IMG/VR virus record: IMGVR_UViG_3300028886_000028
Span: 224,001 to 288,000 of that record
Reading direction: 5' to 3' (one strand)
Source of the DNA: a virus
Lineage: Duplodnaviria > Caudoviricetes
Length of the DNA stretch: 64,000 nt
Below the pieces are notes generated by a model. It was not told the origin of the DNA. It searched no databases and worked only from the letters and a program-made list of their open reading frames with translations. Below, in pieces: positions 41,681-49,225 of the stretch (position 1 is its first letter; each line of letters starts with the position of its first letter). A program made the translations under genes and the position numbers.

Positions 41681-42519
41681 GGTGAGGTGGCAGAGTGGTC
41701 GATTGCACCGGTCTTGCGCCTAATTCGAGTGCTATGGCGAAAAATCCCATAGTAGAATCTCCCTAAAACGGTGGAAGTCCTTTGAGACTCCTATGAGAAT
41801 CCTTGTTGATTCAATAATGAGGTGACAATAATAACAAACACTAACCAATAATGTGTAAGGATAATACCGTGCTAAATTGAGAATAATACTAAAATTTATC
41901 ATATATGAGATAACAAATAGAGGAAACTAAATATGGTACTTGCGCAAAATTTTAGTTAGTATTAAAAATGAGTTGTATTCTTATATGGTAGACAGCCATT
42001 AAGTTGAGACGCTTAGTATAAATATGAGCATCAGGCGAGAGTGGGTTCAAACACCACCAACTCATTTATAAATTGAAAAGCATACAGAATATCCAAAAGT
42101 ATGTAAAAAGACGATGGTGCAACATAGTCAATTTTTAATTTATTTCTCATAAATGTGTAGAGAGTATATAGGAGATACCTAAGTTGAAATTAATTTGAGG
42201 GAAAGTACTCAGCGTAGTAATACGTAATACATGAAAATTGTATTTTAAAGGAGGTTTGCCAATTGGGATAGCCCTATCAAATTACTTGCAAGAATTTCAA
42301 TATGGTAAATATGTATTCCAGACTACAACGAACATAGGAGAAATAGCGAGGAGATAGTTCAAGACTAGAGCAGCAGTTCTTGTAAACTGAAGACAGTGGG
42401 TGTAATTCCCACACTTTTCGCCACGACTTTCTTCTAAATTTGGTTATGGCAACATAAAGTAGCAAGGAAAACCGGCGGACGTGACGAGCGTTCCGGGGGT
42501 TCGAATCCCTCCCTCACCG
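41681..42519 (+). tRNA. tRNA-Ser(TGA) split by an intron (exons 41681-41715, 42467-42519)
   Basis: Joining exons gives ccggt-cttgaaa-accgg, ggtgagg/cctcacc acceptor, long variable arm, G73. Confidence 0.9.
41716..42466 (+). mobile_element. group I intron (751 nt, no endonuclease ORF)
   Basis: Exon ends in U with P1 cttg/cgag; P3 atctcc/ggagat; Q-like aataccgtgctaa; R-like gtagagagtata and S-like aatatgtattcc with compensatory P7; ends in G. Confidence 0.85.
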
Positions 42520-42522
42520 CAT

Positions 42523-42873
42523 ATGATAAAACTTGAACATTTTAAAAAAGGCAATTATTATTATATAAATGCTTATAGTGGTGATACTAGAGTTGGAAAA
42601 CTTGGTATTGAATACAGAGGAAGCCAAAATATACATATTAATTATGTTATCACTAGCGTAAGTTACACCGGAAAAGGTATTGCTACTATGATGATTAACA
42701 AGGCTATTGAATTATTTAAAGGATATGATATAAGTCTTTATGTAGTACCAATGCCTAGGAGTGAAGAAAAAATTAAATATAAAACAATAAAAGGCCTTTC
42801 TGAATTTTACAATAAGTTTGGGTTTGTTCGTACTGATGACCCTTGTTTAGTTGAAATGATATTAAAAAGATGA
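42523..42873 (+). CDS. GNAT acetyltransferase
   Basis: YTGKGIAT acetyl-CoA motif, FYNKFGF; ORF-track start lies inside the tRNA, so start moved to 42523. Confidence 0.8.
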   Translation: MIKLEHFKKGNYYYINAYSGDTRVGKLGIEYRGSQNIHINYVITSVSYTGKGIATMMINKAIELFKGYDISLYVVPMPRSEEKIKYKTIKGLSEFYNKFGFVRTDDPCLVEMILKR

Positions 42874-42945
42874 AAATAAAACAGAAAACATATAAACAGA
42901 TGTAAGTCTGCGTCAGTTAAGAGTTATGACGCAGTTATGTAAAAT

Positions 42946-43019
42946 GCGCTCGTAGCTCAGCTGGTAGATGCACAACACTTTTAATGTTGGGGTCCTGGGT
43001 CCGAGTCCCAGCGGGCGCA
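42946..43019 (+). tRNA. tRNA-Lys(TTT)
   Basis: caaca-cttttaa-tgttg. Confidence 0.88.
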
Positions 43020-43218
43020 CTAAAATGTTACTATTATACGACATTTTATAGAAACTTTTAAGGATGTTTAATTTAAAGTATTTGAAAATTATGTTGACAT
43101 TTATTTTCGGTGCAGCAGTAGGCGCAGTCGCTTATAGCTGGTGGACTAAGCGATAAGTCCAAAAACATGGAGAGTAAGGTGGCGCACTCCGCCAATTAAA
43201 ACGTCACAATTATAAAAT

Positions 43219-43293
43219 TCCGTGATGGTGTAGGTGGTTGTTGCTCGTTGGACTGAAAATCCAAAGGCCCTTGTTCAACTCAAGGTCGCGGAA
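43219..43293 (+). tRNA. tRNA-Phe(GAA)
   Basis: ttgga-ctgaaaa-tccaa. Confidence 0.85.
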
Positions 43294-43549
43294 CAAATAA
43301 AAAGTTGAAATTTATCTGTGGAATACAAACACGTTCAATCCAAGCAAGAAGGGGAACGATTTATAGGTATCAATCATAGACAGATAAAAATCTTGCAAGT
43401 ATTTCAGCTTTACTTTTAATGGTATGAGATAAACTAAGGGCTTATGTGAGGTTGTCACGAGCGTAGCATAGGAGGTGCAAGCCCACGTTTCACGAAGCTC
43501 AATGATTGACATCTATTTGTGACGTGGTTGTTTATCAATTGCCATATAT

Positions 43550-43632
43550 GGATGCGTGTAAGGACTCCTCTGGGGAGTGACCGTGTGATTGACATCAGGT
43601 AACAAACATAGGTTCGAATCCTATTGCATCCA
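43550..43632 (+). ncRNA. tRNA-like element (acceptor + T-arm, aberrant D/anticodon arms)
   Basis: ggatgcg/tgcatcc; atagg-ttcgaat-cctat. Confidence 0.55.
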
Positions 43633-43818
43633 CAAATGCTTGATAATGAGTTTGGAGCAGTTAAAAAGGTGTGTGAAGCTCTAAATTAGTAGTTAGGCGG
43701 TATTATGTATGTGCTCTCGAAAGATTGAGCTGATTTAATATCGGTTAATGAACATGAAACAATTTCTCATTTCCGCAAGCATCAATAAAAATTGGGATGA
43801 AGATTAAGTAGTAGACAT

Positions 43819-43897
43819 GCATGGGTATTCAAGCGGCTGAAGCGCCTAGTATTACAAACTAGTACACCATACGTATGTTCGAATCCTATTGCATCCA
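43819..43897 (+). pseudogene. chimeric tRNA-Val(TAC)-like sequence
   Basis: ctagt-attacaa-actag; 3' end identical to 43612-43636; acceptor unpaired. Confidence 0.5.
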
Positions 43898-44047
43898 CAA
43901 AAGGTGTTCGAAAAAACGTAGTTCGAAATGCGTTGAAGTAGATTAAATGTGGAAAGTCGTACCCTTCCGAGCAGACGTGTTTTCCACGCCTCGTTTGGGC
44001 TAAAGTGGGCAGAGATTCACGCCTCCAACACAGCATCTTTTTTATAT

Positions 44048-44127
44048 AGGGTATTAGCTCAGTTGGTTTAGAGCGTCTGACTTACATTCAGAAGGTTTCG
44101 TGGGTTCGATTCCCTCATACCCTACCA
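44048..44127 (+). tRNA. tRNA-Val(TAC)
   Basis: tctga-cttacat-tcaga; encoded CCA. Confidence 0.9.
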
Positions 44128-44249
44128 AGGAAACTAACAGCAAGGTTAAAAATGGCTTGTAACCCGTGGGTCACAGGTTCGAATCCTGTCTTAGGCTTTA
44201 AAAGTCTGGGTAGCTCAGTTGGCAGAGCAACGTTAATAAAATGTTTCCT
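44128..44249 (+). ncRNA. ACAGCAA cassette 7 with circularly permuted tRNA-Thr(TGT)
   Basis: aggaaac/gtttcct; gg-cttgtaa-cccgt, T-arm, acceptor closed by ttaaa, D-arm, acg. Confidence 0.9.
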
Positions 44250-44255
44250 AAAAAT

Positions 44256-44329
44256 GTTGGTGTAGCTTAGTTGGTTAAAGCATTTGACTGATATTCAAAA
44301 GACCGGGGGTCCGAGTCCCTCCATCAACA
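44256..44329 (+). tRNA. tRNA-Ile(GAT)
   Basis: tttga-ctgatat-tcaaa. Confidence 0.88.
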
Positions 44330-44344
44330 CACAATACAATTTTT

Positions 44345-44416
44345 GGGCTGTATAGTGTAAAGGCTAACACGAGACTTTTGCAAAGTCTAATTGCGGTTCG
44401 AGTCCGATACGGTCCA
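44345..44416 (+). tRNA. tRNA-Ala(TGC), 8-bp acceptor variant
   Basis: agact-tttgcaa-agtct; G3:U; gggctgta/tacggtcc. Confidence 0.75.
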
Positions 44417-44423
44417 CTAGACA

Positions 44424-44500
44424 AGGGAACTAACAGCAAGTTATTATTTATGTTAAAACATCAGACTGCAAATTTGAAAACGTTGAACAAATAGTTCCCT
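44424..44500 (+). ncRNA. ACAGCAA cassette 8 with isolated Cys(GCA) anticodon arm
   Basis: agggaacta/tagttccct; tcaga-ctgcaaa-tttga. Confidence 0.82.
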
Positions 44501-44516
44501 AATATTCATATTAAAC

Positions 44517-44924
44517 GGGCCTAAATTGGTATAGATTGGCAGTAGTTTGGTAGAAATCAAGCAGTGGGCATACACTAGAAATAGCAAAAAAAATATAAAC
44601 GGCGAGAATGTAGATTCTCCTGCTTATGCTTACGCAATGGCTGCGTAAGGCATGAGTCGAGAGACTAGGCTCTTAGGAACAGAACATCCTAGTAATTTTT
44701 CTTAGCGTTGTACGTTAAGATGGTGGAACTGATGACTTCTAGTCATCCCCTAGTTTTCCTCGTTTTCACAAAATGAGGTGGCGGTGAGTTAACTTTCCAA
44801 TGTTTTCCTCGTTTTCTCAAAATGAGGTGGTCTCAAAGGCGGTGTCTTCGGACACTTTGGGTAAGCTTGTATAAATTTCTATGGAACACTGAACAAGACG
44901 AGGGTTCAACTCCCTCTAGGTCCA
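44517..44924 (+). ncRNA. ssrA: tmRNA
   Basis: gggccta/taggtcc with G3:U, T-arm; tag ORF 44601-44648 GENVDSPAYAYAMAA*. Confidence 0.92.
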
Positions 44925-45100
44925 CTAAATACTAAAAAAAAACTTATGAAACATTTTAGCGAAGGAAATCAAGAAGAAGAGTATGATTCTATGAAAGAAT
45001 ATGAAACTAACATACCTTCTCATTTTAAAGACGATTAAAAAAGTAACTTAAAATTTCTTTTTTACAATTTTTTTATGTATATTTGCAAAAAATATTGGTT

Positions 45101-45352
45101 ATGGGAAAAATTTTAGATGCAGAATTTAGAAAAGAACTTTATAAAAATCTTGTAGAGGCCGGGTATGAAAAGACAGAGGCTCAAAAGATTGTTGGTAAAA
45201 AGTATTATGGAGAGTTGCATGAAGAAGTAAAGAAGGAAGTTGATGTGTTTTTAAATGCATTAGTAAAAGAGGATTTTAGTGTTGTTTTTGATTGCGATTC
45301 AGTGACAAAGAAAGTAGAAGAACTTAAAAAGTTAAAAGAATTACTTAGTTAA
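45101..45352 (+). CDS. hypothetical protein
   Basis: ORF after early promoter. Confidence 0.6.
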   Translation: MGKILDAEFRKELYKNLVEAGYEKTEAQKIVGKKYYGELHEEVKKEVDVFLNALVKEDFSVVFDCDSVTKKVEELKKLKELLS

Positions 45353-45358
45353 TAATAT

Positions 45359-45431
45359 TGTGGGGTAGAGCAGTTGGTAGCTTGTCAGACTCATAATCTG
45401 GAGGTCGTGGGTTCGAGTCCCACCCCCGCTA
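45359..45431 (+). tRNA. tRNA-Met(CAT), initiator-like
   Basis: 1:72 mismatch, gagcagttggtagct D-arm; lacks the three G:C anticodon-stem pairs. Confidence 0.8.
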
Positions 45432-45444
45432 CTTTATAAATACA

Positions 45445-45573
45445 AGGAAGTTGACAGCAAACGATAAGAAATTTTCCCAAGCCGGAGGTCGTTGGTTCGA
45501 ATCCAACTAGGAATTGTGTTTATCCTATAGCTCAGATGGTTTAGAGCGCCAGCTATTTCATTTAATGCTTCCT
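45445..45573 (+). ncRNA. ACAGCAA cassette 9 with circularly permuted tRNA-like domain (CCC loop)
   Basis: aggaagt/gcttcct; ttcccaa-gccgg, T-arm, tagga/tccta, D-arm, ccagc. Confidence 0.85.
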
Positions 45574-45578
45574 AAAAT

Positions 45579-45655
45579 AGCCTCAGGGGATGCTAGGCGT
45601 GTCCGTCACTCTGTCACAGTGTTCAATCAGGTGGGTTCGAATCCCATTGGGGCTG
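45579..45655 (+). tRNA. tRNA-Asp(GTC), atypical D-arm
   Basis: cact-ctgtcac-agtg; G73. Confidence 0.75.
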
Positions 45656-45682
45656 CGTAGTATAAAACGTTTCCTAAAATAT

Positions 45683-45756
45683 GGTGTACGTGGTTGAGTG
45701 GTTTAGGCGCAAGATTGTGGTTCTTGTCTACGCAGGTTCGAATCCTGTCGTACACC
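45683..45756 (+). tRNA. tRNA-His(GTG)
   Basis: G-1:C73; caaga-ttgtggt-tcttg. Confidence 0.9.
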
Positions 45757-45944
45757 CTAGAATAATTTAATATTTTTAAATAAAATTAGTTATGAAAAGT
45801 TTTTGGTAGATTATCAATCAGTTTTGGTAGCTGAATCGTGTTCGTGGTACTCCTAGAGTTAATTTATTATCATCGAGTGAAAATAAGGGCGATAATAGTC
45901 CTTTTACAACATTAGAAAAATATAATAAATTAATATTAGGAATT

Positions 45945-46259
45945 ATGGAAAAATTACAATTTACAGACAAAGCAACCACAAAAGAACAGTATTTAAAGTT
46001 CAAGGAGTATATTAAGCAAAATTGTCACGGTCACGCTGCTTATGTAGCATACTACATTTTCAAGCATCGTATTGAAGGTGAAAAACGTGATGAATATCTT
46101 GAAGACGAGGTTAGACATCGTTGTTGGAAAGGCCTTTATCATGGTAGAATTCTACTCAGTGGTGGAGACATGACAGAAAACTATGCAATACCACTCTTTA
46201 AGAATAGGGTAATTAGAAAGTATAACGAATTTGCTGACCCAGATGGAAAAGAAAAATAA
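45945..46259 (+). CDS. hypothetical protein
   Basis: 104 aa ORF. Confidence 0.6.
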   Translation: MEKLQFTDKATTKEQYLKFKEYIKQNCHGHAAYVAYYIFKHRIEGEKRDEYLEDEVRHRCWKGLYHGRILLSGGDMTENYAIPLFKNRVIRKYNEFADPDGKEK

Positions 46260-46539
46260 GTTATACGTATTAATTGACAAATCCCTTGATGCTGTATACG
46301 GTTGTGTTCAAGGTGGTCACGCAGTGGCGCAATGGTTACTTGAACATGATTATGGTTGGGAAAACGAGTACTTGATTTATTTGAGTGCTGATGTCTATAA
46401 GTGGAAAAACAAGTTATCTGTTCTTGGTGTCGGTTATACTGAATTTAAAGAACCAGACCTTGACAATAAAACCACATCTTTAGCTGTATTAGGGCACGAT
46501 AAGTTATTTAAGAAATTAAAATTAATCAGTGCTAATTAA
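46243..46539 (+). CDS. peptidyl-tRNA hydrolase type 2-like protein
   Basis: KLYVLID..L...VQGGHA ... EPDLDNKTTSLAV. Confidence 0.65.
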   Translation: MEKKNKLYVLIDKSLDAVYGCVQGGHAVAQWLLEHDYGWENEYLIYLSADVYKWKNKLSVLGVGYTEFKEPDLDNKTTSLAVLGHDKLFKKLKLISAN

Positions 46540-46568
46540 GCGTTACGGCTGTAGAAATACAGCCTATT

Positions 46569-46645
46569 GGCCCTATGGCAGAGTGGTCGATTGCGGTCGC
46601 TTCTAAACCGATTTATCATCGTGGGTTCGAATCCTACTAGGGTCA
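46569..46645 (+). tRNA. amber suppressor tRNA (CTA)
   Basis: gtcgc-ttctaaa-ccgat; ggcccta/tagggtc; canonical T-arm. Confidence 0.75.
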
Positions 46646-46829
46646 CTACGGCTTGGTGTATCCATTGAGATACTGAAATAGGTTAGACAAGCACAAGTCA
46701 CGTAAGAAATGACAGGCAGGCAGTAATGCTGTGCGAGGATTAGTCCCTTGCTCTAATCTCTTGATGGTAATAGAGACCTTTTTAAGTTAGAGGTTAAACT
46801 TATATTTTTTTAAAAAAGTATTAATAATT

Positions 46830-47078
46830 ATGGTAGTACAAGATATTAAGCCTTTAGTGAAAGGCATCGCTCAATTACAATATGTATTAGCCGGAGGTAT
46901 AGCAGTATATAAAATAATTGCTGTAGATGGCACGGAATATCAACTGGAAATAGATGTGAGCAATAAAAATGATGTTGGAGCAAGTGCTTCTTTTAATACA
47001 ACTGAAAAGGCTTTACTTCTAATGAGGTGGATAAGGAAAGCTAATGAAAATGATACTCTTATCAAAATAAAGGGCTAG
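46830..47078 (+). CDS. hypothetical protein
   Basis: 82 aa ORF. Confidence 0.6.
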   Translation: MVVQDIKPLVKGIAQLQYVLAGGIAVYKIIAVDGTEYQLEIDVSNKNDVGASASFNTTEKALLLMRWIRKANENDTLIKIKG

Positions 47079-47152
47079 CAGTAAAAGGTTCATCCTAAAG
47101 CTCTATTCGTAGGAATGCTGAAGGACTGAGTGTTCGAATCACTCCTAGTCCA
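47072..47152 (+). ncRNA. tRNA-like mini-RNA with Ala-type acceptor (G3:U) and no D-arm
   Basis: gggctag/ctagtcc-a; gagtg-ttcgaat-cactc. Confidence 0.65.
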
Positions 47153-47170
47153 CAAATTTAAATAAAAGTT

Positions 47171-47359
47171 ATGGCTATAATAGTTACAAAACATGGAGAT
47201 AGAATGCTTCATGGAAAATGCACAAAATGTGGCTGCGAATTTTTGTATCAATTTACTGATATAGTATATGATTATGATAGAATTAATGCATATGATTCAG
47301 AATTAAGGTGCAAATATGTACGTTGCCCAGAATGTAATGCTGTTATAGGATTAGATTAA
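47171..47359 (+). CDS. small Zn-ribbon protein
   Basis: CTKCGCEF...CPEC. Confidence 0.6.
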   Translation: MAIIVTKHGDRMLHGKCTKCGCEFLYQFTDIVYDYDRINAYDSELRCKYVRCPECNAVIGLD

Positions 47360-47365
47360 ACAAAT

Positions 47366-47698
47366 ATGGGAGAAAAGTACACTTATAGTGGATTTGAAAA
47401 CAGAGAAACTTGCGAACATTTAAGAGCAGGAGAAACATGCAAAGTAACTGGTATAGGAAATAGTATGACACCAGTTCTTCAATCTCACCAACCTGTTATT
47501 TGCGAACCGGTTACTGTTGAAACTGAATTGAAGAAAAAAGACATTGTTCTTTGTAAAGTGAAAAGATATTATTATTTACATTTTATTCATGCAATAAAGA
47601 ATAATGGAGAACAGTTTCTAATAGGCAACAATCATGGTCGCATGAATGGTTGGATAAGCAGAAATCAGGTATATGGTAAAGTTATAGAGATACTTTAA
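47366..47698 (+). CDS. S24/S26 peptidase-like protein
   Basis: GNSMTP, DIVLCKV, LH, IGNNHG. Confidence 0.55.
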   Translation: MGEKYTYSGFENRETCEHLRAGETCKVTGIGNSMTPVLQSHQPVICEPVTVETELKKKDIVLCKVKRYYYLHFIHAIKNNGEQFLIGNNHGRMNGWISRNQVYGKVIEIL

Positions 47699-48430
47699 AA
47701 ATCTCTTTTATACACCCTAGTAGTTTAAATCGTGAAAACTAGATGTATTCTAATGGTGAGTCGAATCATCCTGGGGCACTTTAGTCCTATTATTCCCTGA
47801 GAGTTGCCTAGCGTCACTCAAAGTAGTAGGTTTTGTGAATGGGTAACTGTATGAAATGGCTGTTTGTATCTTATCGTGTAGATGCATGGCACGTCATACA
47901 AACACAATGGAGATAAATCATGCAACTTATCATCCTTGTTCACACAAAGTACCCATTCAATTTTTTTAAAAGTTTGTGATAATTATGGATGGGTTTGATT
48001 ACAAAAATGGAGAACTAGTCTGTAAAAGATGCGGAAGCAGAAATGTATCAGTAAGAGCTGGTATGATGACAGACAGAGCGATATGTAATAGTTGTGGTAA
48101 TGAAGATTACATTTAACAAAAATTAATATTTTTAATTTCTTTTTTATAATTATTTTTTGTATATTTGCGTTGTAATAAGAAAAACATATGGCTTCGCTAT
48201 CAAGAAGTCAAAGGCATAACAGCCTATCGCATTTGTCCATAGCGCTTGTAACTTTGCGAACGGCGGGCTTTTCTCTAGTACAGCCTAAAAACTTGAGGGT
48301 TAGTTGTTTATCCACAAAGCAAGCACGGGTTCGAGGAAATTGGTGGTGCGTCTATAAATCCTCCGAATAACCCACGATAAGGGTGTCGTTTTGTCTGTTG
48401 TACGGCACTAGTAAAACAATAGATAATTAT

Positions 48431-48503
48431 GCTCCGTTAGCTCAGTTGGAAGAGCACTAGATTTGTAATCCTGAGGTCGTGGGTTCAAGTCCCGCACGGA
48501 GCT
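48431..48503 (+). tRNA. tRNA-Thr(TGT), weak anticodon stem
   Basis: ctaga-tttgtaa-tcctg (two mismatches). Confidence 0.75.
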
Positions 48504-48575
48504 CAGAATAAGGGGGAGAGCCTGTAGTTACGGCAGAACAGCATTCGGCTTCTACGCCAACCTCCCCAAATTTTT

Positions 48576-48649
48576 GCTCCATTAGCTCAGCTGTATAGAG
48601 CGTCATCCTCCTAAGATGAATGTCACAGGTTAGAGTCCTGTATGGAGCA
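48576..48649 (+). tRNA. tRNA-Arg(CCT)
   Basis: tcatc-ctcctaa-gatga. Confidence 0.88.
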
Positions 48650-48703
48650 CGGAAATCCCTTCTCAGTTGGGGGATAATAATATCACTGAGTGGCGGCTAA
48701 TTT

Positions 48704-49000
48704 ATGACAAAGAAATATTGGAAAGATTGGCAAAATAGAATTGGAGAAACCAAAAACATATACAAGTTTTGGAATTATTCAGATGGCAAAAAAATGAAAA
48801 GGTTTGGAGGTATATTAAACAACCTTGCAGGCGATAAATTATCTAAAGCAACATTTAATCATACAACAGATACTGTTGATTTGGTTATTGAAAGGTGGCA
48901 TCAAACGTTTTCAAAATCAATTCACATTCAGAATGAATATATAACATTGAATCGTGAAGATATTGCTTGTATAGAATTTAATAAAGAATATAATACATAG
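48704..49000 (+). CDS. hypothetical protein
   Basis: 98 aa ORF. Confidence 0.6.
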   Translation: MTKKYWKDWQNRIGETKNIYKFWNYSDGKKMKRFGGILNNLAGDKLSKATFNHTTDTVDLVIERWHQTFSKSIHIQNEYITLNREDIACIEFNKEYNT

Positions 49001-49117
49001 AAGGACATACTGGGGTAAAATCTCAGAGAAGTTACCGTAGGCAACGAATAATTGCATCCTACATCAAGGCGTTGTTACAGTTGTACGGGATAGTGGAATG
49101 TAAGTATTATATATAAA

Positions 49118-49204
49118 GGAGGGATGGGTGAGTGGCTTAAACCAGCACATTGCTAACGTGCCGGCCCTTAATTGGGCCCGGGGGTTCGAATCCCTCTCCC
49201 TCCG
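49118..49204 (+). tRNA. tRNA-Ser(GCT)
   Basis: gcaca-ttgctaa-cgtgc; long variable arm. Confidence 0.9.
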
Positions 49205-49225
49205 CTTAACTAAATTTAGTTAAAT

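Noticed and set aside
43169-43207. Pseudoknot or riboswitch before tRNA-Phe
   Set aside because: Competing short pairings; no recognisable family.
43903-44035. RNase P RNA (ggaaagtc)
   Set aside because: Too short and lacks the other conserved RNase P regions.
47712-47780. Possible additional degenerate tRNA
   Set aside because: Only a weak ccctag/ctgggg stem and a poor T-arm; cannot be supported.
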